A stretch of 64,000 nucleotides of DNA from an uncultured Desulfobacula sp. (lineage in GTDB: Bacteria > Desulfobacterota > Desulfobacteria > Desulfobacterales > Desulfobacteraceae), in NCBI GenBank assembly GCA_964562385.1, contig CAZLTD010000007.1, positions 8,799-72,798 of the forward strand, given 5' to 3'. The translations under genes were made by a program, and so were the position numbers. The notes under the pieces were generated by a model. The model searched no databases, was not told the DNA's origin, and worked only from the letters and a program-made list of their open reading frames with translations. Shown here piece after piece: positions 8,372 through 17,474 of this stretch. How positions within the stretch are numbered: the first letter of the stretch is position 1; every line of letters begins with the position of its first letter.

Positions 8372-9043
8372 TTACCTGAACAATTTCAATGGAAATAAGA
8401 TGTTCGCCTCCGGGATACTGGCGTGCGGGCTTTTTGTGATTACATAATTTTCGCAACTTCCGACCGGATTGAAACGCTCTTTTTTTAGATAAAAAAATCC
8501 TTTAAGTGACCTGGCTGCGGATGCTGCAAATTTAAAAACAGCCATTTTCTGCACTGGTTGCTCTCCTTTTCTTTCACTGATCCGGAGCTTGCCCTGGGTT
8601 TTTGATGCTTCAGGCCGGGAGAGGCAAACGATATCTCCGTCCGTAAGATTAAGCTTTTGTTTCAAACTGCAGGATGCGATCACCTCAAGAATCCGGTCTT
8701 CATGGATACGTACCTCTTTACCGGGAATCACCACTGCAGCCGGAGTATCGTTCAACATTATTCTTTTAACACCGGCTGAACAAAAAGTGGGATCGTCCGG
8801 TATCAATTCAAAATCCGAAGGTTCAAGAAGACGGCTCAAACGGGCAAGGTCCCGGTCATTGATTCTCACATTCAAGGTTCCGGGAAACGGTTTATACCCC
8901 AGATTCTTCCTGCATTGCTCTACAACCCAGTCGATCTGGGTAAAAAAGGCGCCTTTGCCTGCGCCACTAAGAACGGTGCCTGAGATTTCCATTTCGTTTT
9001 TACCTTCTTCAAAAAAAAAATTATTTTCACCGACCGCCATCAA
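8372..9043 (-). CDS. Archaeal-type (CTP-dependent family) riboflavin kinase domain protein with an unusual C-terminal tail of about 80 aa
   Basis: GTVLSGAGKGAFF..LGYKPFPGTLNV...AAVVIPGKEVRIHEDRILEVIA...LNLTDGDIV matches the archaeal riboflavin kinase (MJ0056-type) pattern. The start overlaps the upstream HAD stop (ATGA). Confidence 0.78.
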   Translation of the reverse strand: MMAVGENNFFFEEGKNEMEISGTVLSGAGKGAFFTQIDWVVEQCRKNLGYKPFPGTLNVRINDRDLARLSRLLEPSDFELIPDDPTFCSAGVKRIMLNDTPAAVVIPGKEVRIHEDRILEVIASCSLKQKLNLTDGDIVCLSRPEASKTQGKLRISERKGEQPVQKMAVFKFAASAARSLKGFFYLKKERFNPVGSCENYVITKSPHASIPEANILFPLKLFR

Positions 9044-9753
9044 ATAAAATTGCTGACCACAAGCTGTGTAAGGTCTGCCACGCTGTCAAGGATCATGGTC
9101 GGGTTTTCCTTTTCAAGCGTTTCCCGGTCGTGAAGTCCGGTCAATACCCCGATGGTCATCATACCGGCTTTGCGGCCTGCCTGAATGTCAACATGACAGT
9201 CCCCGATAAAGATACAGCGGGACGGCTGCACCGAAAGTTTCCGGGCACATGCAAGCAGTGGATCAGGCGCCGGTTTCTTTTTTGGGGCATCTTCTGTTGC
9301 TATCACTGACGCCAGCGATGCTTTCAGGCCTTTGCGGGCCAGGGGTGTCAACTTTAAATCCATATAGGCCCGATGTGTGGAACTGACAACGCCAATGGGT
9401 ATCTTTCTTAAGGTGATCTCTGAAAACAATTGTTCCACCCCCGGTATCAATTCAACTTCCTTCTGAAAGGTGCTCCGCAGCTTTTGGCGTCCCAAAGAGA
9501 GAAACTTTTTGATCAGCTCTTCTTTTTGGTCATGCATTTCCTGAGGAATCATGTTTTCAAAGGCCGGCAGCCCCTGGATCATAAAATCAGCAATCCGGGA
9601 TCTGGGCGCCGGCGGCAGACCGAGGGTCTCCATCATCCATGCCATCACTCGAAAATATGAGGGTATGGAGTCGATCAGCGTGCCATCCAGGTCAAACATG
9701 ACGGCCTGGACCGTCCATTTTTTCTCCTTAAAGGGAATAATCGTCTCCATCAT
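9040..9753 (-). CDS. HAD-IA family phosphatase (phosphoglycolate-phosphatase-like)
   Basis: Motif I MFDLDGTLIDS, motif II VVSST, and a KKKPAPD..FIGDCHVDIQAG motif III/IV. Confidence 0.85.
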   Translation of the reverse strand: MMETIIPFKEKKWTVQAVMFDLDGTLIDSIPSYFRVMAWMMETLGLPPAPRSRIADFMIQGLPAFENMIPQEMHDQKEELIKKFLSLGRQKLRSTFQKEVELIPGVEQLFSEITLRKIPIGVVSSTHRAYMDLKLTPLARKGLKASLASVIATEDAPKKKPAPDPLLACARKLSVQPSRCIFIGDCHVDIQAGRKAGMMTIGVLTGLHDRETLEKENPTMILDSVADLTQLVVSNFI

Positions 9754-9897
9754 TTAGTTCAGTGGAACATGGTAACTGATATCAGCCTCACCCGAATATT
9801 TCACGAACGTGTAACCTCTTGAAGCTTAAACAAGTGTCTGATCCTTGTATCACTAAGTATTCGGGTATCATGAAATATCCGGGCCGCAAGGCCTTAA

Positions 9898-11226
9898 TTA
9901 ATGCTTTCTCAAATCCTTAAACCGTTTAGCCTTAACATCATATCGGGGCAGGCGGCCGTAATCGTAAAACTCGATGCGGTAACCCAGGTTTGTTTTTAAC
10001 CGGAGACTATCCTTGAGCTGGTCTTCGACGGCTTTGGCGCGATCTTCCTGGCCGGGAATCAGCTCAACCTTTAATTTAATTCGGTCCACATCGCCAAGCT
10101 TGTCCACAATGACTTCGTATTCATCACCCAGACCATCAATACTCCTGACCACCTCTTCGATGGCTGATGGTGCCAGCAGAACGCCTTTGACCTTTGTAAT
10201 GTCATCGGCCCGTCCGACAACCCCGCCCTTGATCAAACGGAATGTCCGCCCGCAGGAGCAGGTAGCGCTGTCCCATTCAATGATATCCTTGGCATCAAAC
10301 CTGACGCAGGGCTGGGCAAACCGGTCCAGGGCGGTGATGATCATTTTGCCTCGACGCCCGGGCTCTTCTATAATTTCACCGGTATCCACGTCTTCAATTT
10401 CCACCAGGAAAAATGCATCATTGACATGCATCCCACCGGGCTGCGCCTGGCATTCAAAAGACCACGCCCCGATTTCCGTTGCACCGGCGTGATCATAAAC
10501 TTTTGCGTTCCACGCATTCTGCATCCGTTTTTTAGTACTGGGTATGCTGGCTCCGGGCTCTCCGGCACAGGTAATTTTTTGGATACCCAGGGCGGACGGG
10601 TCAATGTCCATTTTCTGTTTTGCCGTATCTGCCATACCCAGTACATAGGTGGGAGTGGCCATCATGGCCGTGGCATTCAACTCCTGGATTTTTAATATCC
10701 TGGCCTGGGTATCGAGCACACCTCCGGGCACCACTTCACACCCGACCTTTTCGGCCGCGTAATGACCGGCCCAGAATGCAACAAAGATATTATACCCGAA
10801 CGGGATGAATACCCGGTCGGAGGGTCGGTACCCCTGGGCCCACAGTATATATGCCCAGCACTCGGACCACCATTCCCAGTCCTGCCACGTATCGGCCTGA
10901 TATACCGGCTGCCCGGTGGTTCCGCTGGTCTGGCGGAATGCGGTGACGTCATCCAAAGGGACGCACAGGGCATCACCGTAAGGAAACGGATCCTTGCGCT
11001 GGATGTCACGCATCATGGATTTTTCTACTTTGGGTACCTTTTGAACGTCGGCCATCGTGCGAATATCCCCGGGAGCTATCCCTGCCTGGTCATAGAGCTT
11101 GCGATGAAATTTAGAATTATCATAGGCCCATTTAAAAATTCTTTTAAATTTATGGAGTTGCAGGTTCCTCAATGCTTCACGGTCCATTGTCTCTAATACA
11201 GGATTCCAAAAAGGTGTATTGTCCAT
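9898..11226 (-). CDS. Phenylacetate-CoA-ligase (PaaK)/coenzyme F390 synthetase family adenylate-forming ligase; candidate aryl-carboxylate-CoA ligase
   Basis: 442 aa. FRQTSGTTGQP AMP motif, YDHAGATE, GRADDITKVKG; PaaK-type length and organisation. Confidence 0.85.
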   Translation of the reverse strand: MDNTPFWNPVLETMDREALRNLQLHKFKRIFKWAYDNSKFHRKLYDQAGIAPGDIRTMADVQKVPKVEKSMMRDIQRKDPFPYGDALCVPLDDVTAFRQTSGTTGQPVYQADTWQDWEWWSECWAYILWAQGYRPSDRVFIPFGYNIFVAFWAGHYAAEKVGCEVVPGGVLDTQARILKIQELNATAMMATPTYVLGMADTAKQKMDIDPSALGIQKITCAGEPGASIPSTKKRMQNAWNAKVYDHAGATEIGAWSFECQAQPGGMHVNDAFFLVEIEDVDTGEIIEEPGRRGKMIITALDRFAQPCVRFDAKDIIEWDSATCSCGRTFRLIKGGVVGRADDITKVKGVLLAPSAIEEVVRSIDGLGDEYEVIVDKLGDVDRIKLKVELIPGQEDRAKAVEDQLKDSLRLKTNLGYRIEFYDYGRLPRYDVKAKRFKDLRKH

Positions 11227-11252
11227 TTTTATATCCCCACTATAACTTTTCG

Positions 11253-11435
11253 TTATGCGTTTTTGCCATACTCTTCAGGTTCGGTAAAATTGAGTTCCAG
11301 CATCTTGATAGCAGCCTTTATCCGCTGCAGATTGCTTTTCAGTGCCGGGAGTTCATTGCTGTATTCCTCAAGGCAAAGCGCTGATTCATTCAGCTTTTTA
11401 ATTTCGCGGCATATCTCTTCAATGGCTATATTCAT
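11253..11435 (-). CDS. Small (60 aa) helical protein upstream of the CoA ligase
   Basis: ATG at 11435 is preceded by GGGAGGTAAA (perfect SD, 4-nt spacer). The longer 120-aa track ORF has no SD and runs into a repeat element. Predicted sequence MNIAIEEICREIKKLNESALCLEEYSNELPALKSNLQRIKAAIKMLELNFTEPEEYGKNA. Confidence 0.5.
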   Translation of the reverse strand: MNIAIEEICREIKKLNESALCLEEYSNELPALKSNLQRIKAAIKMLELNFTEPEEYGKNA

Positions 11436-11551
11436 TTTACCTCCCATGAAAAATGCATATATCAATGGCCGGTCTGCCATTGGCATGATGCTTTTTTTGT
11501 TAGCGTTAAAAAGATGACATCTTTCATCCCGTGTGGCACTCGTGACAATGT

Positions 11552-11698
11552 AAATGAGGAATCGTACCAAAATAACTTGATCTAAATTGTTTCCAAAACC
11601 CCTTAAAAGACTCACTGCTTACGGGTATTTTAAAAACAAAAGTTCAAGTAAGGCAATGCACAGCTTTGCCCCTAAGTAATTTTGGAGCCGATCCTAAG
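11552..11698. repeat. Intergenic repeat family 1, copy A (about 145 nt); second copy at 32457-32593
   Basis: Aligned by eye. A 31-nt identical core CAAGTAAGGCAATGCACAGCTTTGCCCCTAA lies at 11645-11675 and 32540-32570. Shared blocks are AGGAATCG, ACTTGATCTAAA.TGTTTCC and GAGCCGATCCTAA, in the same orientation. Confidence 0.8.
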
Positions 11699-11995
11699 CC
11701 TTAAGATTCGTGGCTGTGCTATTATGAAAAATGGCTGCGGAACATGTCAATTTTATTATTCTTATGCCATATATAAACTAATATTATAAGTCCTTTTTGG
11801 GATGTAAATATCCACAGCTGCCGAGCGGCCTGGAAAAATTAAAAAACAGGCCAAAACCCTGTAAAACCATCTAATCTTTCAGTCTATAAGTATTTATAAT
11901 AGAACAAATAAGATAAAATAATTTGAAATTCATCACCGGCCTAAATAGATTTGGTAAATACGCTGATTTGTGGATTAAAAAAAGGAAATTTTTTA

Positions 11996-12673
11996 ATGGG
12001 CACCGCCATCCAGACCTACCAGGCACTGCTATTTGATCTTGAGGGAACACTGACAGATTTCCAATGGAATCTAAAAGGCGCAGCTGTCGAGATTCTGGAC
12101 CTGCTCTCAAAACATGGGATCGATCCTGACACTTTTGGTGAGAAACCGGACTATGCCCGTCTATTCAACACCACTCAAAAACTGATCACAACCTGGCCGC
12201 AGGATCGTGCCAAAGAACTGACCGGCAGACTGAATATCATTTATAACAGATACGATGCTGATGCCTTAAGCCGGTGGCAGCTATACCCGGATACGGTTTC
12301 GACTCTTAAGAAGCTGTTCAAAAACGGATACCGGATGGGTGTGGTCAGCAACTGCGGCAGGATAGCGGTGGATAAGGCTCTTAAAAAATTTAATCTGACC
12401 TCAGACTTTGACCTGATCATTTCCAGAAATGAGGTAGCCTTGGTTAAGCCTCACCCTGAGGGACTGCTTACCGCATGCCGGATACTTGACCTTCCACCGG
12501 AAGATATCCTGTTTGTCGGCGATTCCGTCAATGACATCCTGCCGGCCAATCAGATCGGCATGTGGTCGTGCTTTCTTTGCGGCGGGGAAAGCAGACTTAC
12601 CGGTGTGACTCACCATGGGGCCACCCACGAAATCGCAACTCTTTCCGATCTTTTCCAACTGCATCATCAATAA
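11996..12673 (+). CDS. HAD-IA family phosphatase
   Basis: Motif I LFDLEGTLTD, VVSNCG, and KPHPEGL..FVGDSVNDILPA. The start at 11996 (MGTAIQ) is preferred over 11951. Confidence 0.82.
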   Translation: MGTAIQTYQALLFDLEGTLTDFQWNLKGAAVEILDLLSKHGIDPDTFGEKPDYARLFNTTQKLITTWPQDRAKELTGRLNIIYNRYDADALSRWQLYPDTVSTLKKLFKNGYRMGVVSNCGRIAVDKALKKFNLTSDFDLIISRNEVALVKPHPEGLLTACRILDLPPEDILFVGDSVNDILPANQIGMWSCFLCGGESRLTGVTHHGATHEIATLSDLFQLHHQ

Positions 12674-12863
12674 AACCATATTCCATACACCGCCCCCACA
12701 CAAAGATATACCCGGTTAATTTTTCGTGAGAATTTTATAAATTTGCTTCGATATCATATTTTAAATATATAGTATTTATTTCACTCCTGCGGTATATTTG
12801 TTATTCAGGATGAATTAAAAAGCCGATTTTGTTCTTTATTAAAAAAAAGGAAAACTGATATCC

Positions 12864-15800
12864 ATGAAACGTTTATCATTTCTTAAGACTGTCCTTGTCA
12901 TTTTTTTGGTGCTTTTCATCAGCACACCGGCATTTTGCGGGAAACCCATCCTCACTATTGATACCGGCGGCCACAAATCAATTGTCAAAGAGCTTATTTT
13001 CACCAAAGACAACCGTTACCTGATATCCACCGGGTACGATAAGACCATCCGGGTGTGGAATGTCCAGACAGGGCAGATCGACCGTATTATCAGGGGGCAG
13101 ATCGGCGACGGCCATGAGGGCAAACTCTATGCTGCGACATTATCACCGGACAACAGGTGGCTTGCAGTGGCCGGGTTTACAAAGGACAATGATATCCGGC
13201 TCATTGATTTTGGGACCGGGGAAATCGAAAAACTCTTTCTAAAACATAACGATGTGATCCGGGATCTGGCCTTTTCCAGGGACGGCCGCTATATCGTATC
13301 ATCCAGTTTTGACAAGACAGCAAAAATCTGGAACGTGAGTTCCGGAAAGGCCCACACGGTTTTAAAAGGTCACACCAAAAGCGTGAATACCGCTGTTTTC
13401 TCCCCGGACGGCCGTACCATTGTCACCGGCAGTGATGACAAAACCCTGAAGCTGTGGGATGCGCGAACAGGCAGGCTGCTGTCCACCCTGTCAGGTCACA
13501 CAGACCGAATCCGCTGCGTGGAGTATACGCCCAACGGAAGATACATTCTTTCAGGATCCAATGACAAAACCATACGGCTGTGGGACGGCAGAACAGGGAG
13601 TGCGATCAAGGTTCTGGTCACCCAGAACCGTGCGCCCATAAAATTTTCCATCTCCCCGGACAGTACCAAGGTGGTCACGGGCCACTCCAGCGGGTCCGGA
13701 TCCAGGACCAACAATATTTTTTCCATTCCTTCGGGAACTAAAGTGTCATCCATCACCAAACACACCAATATTGTCATTGCCACAGCCATCTCGCCGGATG
13801 GCAGACTGGCCGCCACCGGCGGTGGTGATAATCGCGAAATTTATATCTGGGAGGTTGCCACGGGCAAAATAAAACACAAACTGGCCGGCAGCGGCGGTTC
13901 CGTCTGGGCTGTCGGGTTTGGCAAAGACAGCGGATCATTTGCATGGGGAACTGTTTTCAATAAAAGCAGCCTGACAAAACGCGGCGATGTCCAGCACTCC
14001 ATCTCCTTTAAACACGGCCGGGAATTCCAATTGTCCTATAATGCCCAGGAAAAAAATAAGAACAATTATGTTTACGGTACCACCTCTGTGGGATCCCGCT
14101 CCATAAAAACGCTGAACGGCCATATCCATAAAACCCTGCAGATTCTGAACAATGGCCAGGTCCAGCATAAAATCACGCGAGATTCCACCAATGGGTTTAC
14201 CCACCGCAGCCTGACCATGACACGGGACGGCCGCATTATTATCAGCGGCGGCGGCAGCGGGCAGATCACTTCCTATAATGCAAGTACAGGCCAGCAGATC
14301 CATCAGTTTGTCGGCCACCTTGGGGATGTATGGGGGGTTGCCTGTTCCCCGGACAGCCGCTTTCTTGTTTCAGGATCGGCAGACCAGACTGTTCGGCTCT
14401 GGGAAATCGATACCGGCAAACTGCTGCTGTCTGTTTTCAGAGGCACGGACAATCAGTGGGTGGCCTGGACACCGGAAGGGTATTATTCCGCATCCATCAA
14501 GGGGGATGATTATATCGGCTGGCACATCAACCAGGGATATGACAAGTCCGCCCTGTACTATCCGGCATCCCGTTTTGCCCATAAGTTTTATTCCCCGGAT
14601 ATCGTTGCCCAGTATATCGCCACCGGCGGCAACCTTGAGCGGTCCATCGAACTTGTCAACCAGTCCAAACCCAAGCAGAAGCAGATCAGCCAGACCAACA
14701 TCAATGATATCCAAAACATCCTGCCCCCGCTGGTTTTCATCCAGACACCGGTCAACCGGGACGTTATTGTCCGGGAAAACAAAGTCAGGATCAAGGCTTA
14801 TGCAAAGTCGGTGACCAAGGATCCGGTCTCCGACATCTGGGTATTGCTGAACGGCCGGAAGCTTGACACCCGTGCCATCAAGGTGGCGCCCAGGAAAAAG
14901 ACAGGCAGCCTGTCGGCTGAACTGGATATCGTGGTGCCTTTAACGGAAAAAAGCAACTCGATTTCAGTGGTTGCCTCTAACAAACACGGGCGATCAGAAC
15001 CGGAAAGCATCAATGTTACCTGGCAACCGAAAAAGACAGCGCCTGCCATAAAAAAACAATACAAACCCGATCTCTATCTTCTGTGTATCGGGGTATCCAA
15101 ATACAAAAACCCGGCCTACAACCTTGATTTTGCCGACAAGGATGCCATGGGGGTCGAAAAGATCTTTAGTACCCAGCACGGCGGCCTGTACAATAACGTG
15201 TATGCCAAAACCCTGACCAATGAAAGGGCCACCAAGATGAAAATCCAGGAATCCCTGGAGTGGCTCTACCAGGAGTCTACCCAGAAGGATCTGTCCGTCA
15301 TTTTTATCGCCGGCCACGGCATTAAAGATACCCGGAACAACTATTATTTCATGCCCTATGACGGCCATCCGGATAAATTAATGTTCTCTGCCGTCAAATG
15401 GTTTGATTTCCAGGACATCATCTCCAGTTTGCCCTCAAAAGTTATTTTAATGGCAGACACCTGCCACAGCGGCGCCTTAACCGGTAAACGCAGGGGCTTG
15501 TCCGATATTACCCAGGCGTTGCGGGACCTGATCTCTGCGGACAGCGGGGTGGTGGTCATGACGGCGTCCACCGGAAAAGAGTTGAGCGTGGAACATCCGG
15601 ACTGGGGTCATGGCGCCTTTACAAAGGCCCTGATTGAAGGGTTGAATGGGGATGCAGATTATGACAGCGACAACATCATTGACATGAAAGAGATTGACCT
15701 TTTCATTACCAAGCGCGTCAAGGAGCTTACCGGCGGCAGTCAGCATCCGACCACGGAAATTCCCAAGACAATGCCCAATTTTCCGCTGGTGGTAAAATAG
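12864..15800 (+). CDS. Secreted multi-domain protein: signal peptide, WD40 repeats (two propeller-sized blocks), beta-sandwich-like spacer, and C-terminal caspase-like (peptidase C14) domain
   Basis: N-terminus MKRLSFLKTVLVIFLVLFISTPAFCG. There are many WD repeats (DKTIRVWN, DKTAKIWN, DKTLKLWD, DKTIRLWD, DQTVRLWE). C-terminal block LLCIGVSKY...FIAGHG...LMADTCHSG carries the caspase His/Cys dyad context. Confidence 0.85.
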   Translation: MKRLSFLKTVLVIFLVLFISTPAFCGKPILTIDTGGHKSIVKELIFTKDNRYLISTGYDKTIRVWNVQTGQIDRIIRGQIGDGHEGKLYAATLSPDNRWLAVAGFTKDNDIRLIDFGTGEIEKLFLKHNDVIRDLAFSRDGRYIVSSSFDKTAKIWNVSSGKAHTVLKGHTKSVNTAVFSPDGRTIVTGSDDKTLKLWDARTGRLLSTLSGHTDRIRCVEYTPNGRYILSGSNDKTIRLWDGRTGSAIKVLVTQNRAPIKFSISPDSTKVVTGHSSGSGSRTNNIFSIPSGTKVSSITKHTNIVIATAISPDGRLAATGGGDNREIYIWEVATGKIKHKLAGSGGSVWAVGFGKDSGSFAWGTVFNKSSLTKRGDVQHSISFKHGREFQLSYNAQEKNKNNYVYGTTSVGSRSIKTLNGHIHKTLQILNNGQVQHKITRDSTNGFTHRSLTMTRDGRIIISGGGSGQITSYNASTGQQIHQFVGHLGDVWGVACSPDSRFLVSGSADQTVRLWEIDTGKLLLSVFRGTDNQWVAWTPEGYYSASIKGDDYIGWHINQGYDKSALYYPASRFAHKFYSPDIVAQYIATGGNLERSIELVNQSKPKQKQISQTNINDIQNILPPLVFIQTPVNRDVIVRENKVRIKAYAKSVTKDPVSDIWVLLNGRKLDTRAIKVAPRKKTGSLSAELDIVVPLTEKSNSISVVASNKHGRSEPESINVTWQPKKTAPAIKKQYKPDLYLLCIGVSKYKNPAYNLDFADKDAMGVEKIFSTQHGGLYNNVYAKTLTNERATKMKIQESLEWLYQESTQKDLSVIFIAGHGIKDTRNNYYFMPYDGHPDKLMFSAVKWFDFQDIISSLPSKVILMADTCHSGALTGKRRGLSDITQALRDLISADSGVVVMTASTGKELSVEHPDWGHGAFTKALIEGLNGDADYDSDNIIDMKEIDLFITKRVKELTGGSQHPTTEIPKTMPNFPLVVK

Positions 15801-15807
15801 AATTCCC

Positions 15808-17460
15808 ATGCCGGAATCCGTTGCCACACGATTTGCCCAGTGCCTGAAATCTTTGGGCATCCGCTATCTCTTCGGGGTGCCCAGCGGCTCCATGATCGAT
15901 TATATCCAGGCCATCCATGATACAAAGGGCATTGAATTCATCCTGTGCTGTCATGAGGCCAATGCCGCCTTCATGGCAGGGGTCTGCGGCCGGCTTACCG
16001 GGCTGCCGGGCGTCTGTTTCGCCACATTCGGCCCCGGCGCCACCAACCTTGCCACCGGTGTCGGAGCCGCTCTTTTAGACCGGGCTCCGCTTCTGGCCTT
16101 CACCGATGAGATGCCGGATGATCTGAGAAACCGGACCGTCCAGATGAATATCGATCACCAGGCATTGTTTGCTCCCCTAACCAAGGCCACCTGCCGCCTG
16201 ACACCTAACCTTGTGGAAAAAACCCTGGCCGAATCTGCAGCCCATGTCATGTCAGGTGTCCCGGGCCCCGTTCATATCGGTGTGCCTTCGAATATCAGCC
16301 TTGTGAAAACACCTAAGGCAACAGTTGCAAAGGATGTTATCCAACTTCCTGACCTGCGTTTCCCCACAAAAAATGGATCACCTCCCCTTGCAGCAGATGC
16401 CATAAAAAAAATCCAGGCGCTGTTATCTGACGCAGACAGGCCTGTTCTGGCGCTGGGGTTGTCTGCGGCCCGGCCGGGGATAAAACCCCTGATTCTTCAG
16501 TTTTTAGACACCTTTAAAATACCGGTTGTACTGACCCCCATGGCCAAGGGCCTTGTGTCCGAAGATCATCCCTGTTATGCAGGGGTGCTCAACCATGCGT
16601 TGTCCGACCGGGTGGCCCAAACCCACAAAAGTGCCGATCTGGTCATCTCAATCGGTTATGACCCTGTCGAGGTGAACTACGAAGAGTGGGTATCAAATCA
16701 ACCTATTATCCATATAGACAGAAAACCGGCTGATATCGATCCGGAAGAACTGACCCTGGCATGTGACATAACTGCCGATGTTAAAGAAGCTGTAGAAGGC
16801 TTGCTGACGATTGAGCCCCTGGTCTTTGACTGGGATCTGACCGAGGTCGAAAAAAGAAAAAACCGGATGTTCCTGAATCTTAAATCTGATACGGATATGT
16901 TCGGACCGTCATCCGTTCTTGATGAACTGAGAAAAAAACTGCCTGCCAGCGGGATTCTAACCTGTGATGTAGGCGCGCATCTCCACCTGATCGGCCAGAA
17001 ATGGATTACTCCCGATCCTGACACCCTTTTAATGACAAACGGCTGGTCATCCATGGGGTTTGCCATCCCTGCGGCTATTGCCGCAAAGCTGTGCCGTCCG
17101 GATAAAAAGGTCGCCTGCGTGATCGGAGACGGCGGCTTTTTAATGTCCGCCGGAGAACTTGCCACGGCCCAAAGGCTTGCGCTGAATATCGTATTTATTC
17201 TTCTGGTGGACCATGACCTTTCCCTGATCCGGATAAAACAGGAAAAAAAAGGCTTGGCCGAAGGATACGGCACACGCATTTCCAATAGTGATCTGTTTGA
17301 TGTACCTTCCATATTCGGTGTTCCGGTGTGGGATACCGGATCTGTACAAGCATTCTCATCCGCCCTAGAAAAGGCGTTTCAAAAAACAGGACCCATCATA
17401 ATCAAAGCCATGATTGATCCGGGTGAATATAAGGCGTTGCTGTTAAGGGGAAACAGCTGA
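15808..17460 (+). CDS. Thiamine-diphosphate-dependent enzyme, acetolactate-synthase large-subunit family
   Basis: N-terminal FGVPSG...HEANAAFMA...GPGATN block, and a C-terminal GDGGFLMS ThDP-binding motif. 550 aa. Confidence 0.85.
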   Translation: MPESVATRFAQCLKSLGIRYLFGVPSGSMIDYIQAIHDTKGIEFILCCHEANAAFMAGVCGRLTGLPGVCFATFGPGATNLATGVGAALLDRAPLLAFTDEMPDDLRNRTVQMNIDHQALFAPLTKATCRLTPNLVEKTLAESAAHVMSGVPGPVHIGVPSNISLVKTPKATVAKDVIQLPDLRFPTKNGSPPLAADAIKKIQALLSDADRPVLALGLSAARPGIKPLILQFLDTFKIPVVLTPMAKGLVSEDHPCYAGVLNHALSDRVAQTHKSADLVISIGYDPVEVNYEEWVSNQPIIHIDRKPADIDPEELTLACDITADVKEAVEGLLTIEPLVFDWDLTEVEKRKNRMFLNLKSDTDMFGPSSVLDELRKKLPASGILTCDVGAHLHLIGQKWITPDPDTLLMTNGWSSMGFAIPAAIAAKLCRPDKKVACVIGDGGFLMSAGELATAQRLALNIVFILLVDHDLSLIRIKQEKKGLAEGYGTRISNSDLFDVPSIFGVPVWDTGSVQAFSSALEKAFQKTGPIIIKAMIDPGEYKALLLRGNS

Positions 17461-17474
17461 CACGGCTATTGTGA

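Noticed and set aside
16698-17312. 204-aa ORF on the minus strand
   Set aside because: It is antisense to the ThDP-enzyme gene, which has unambiguous motifs. It is a shadow ORF.
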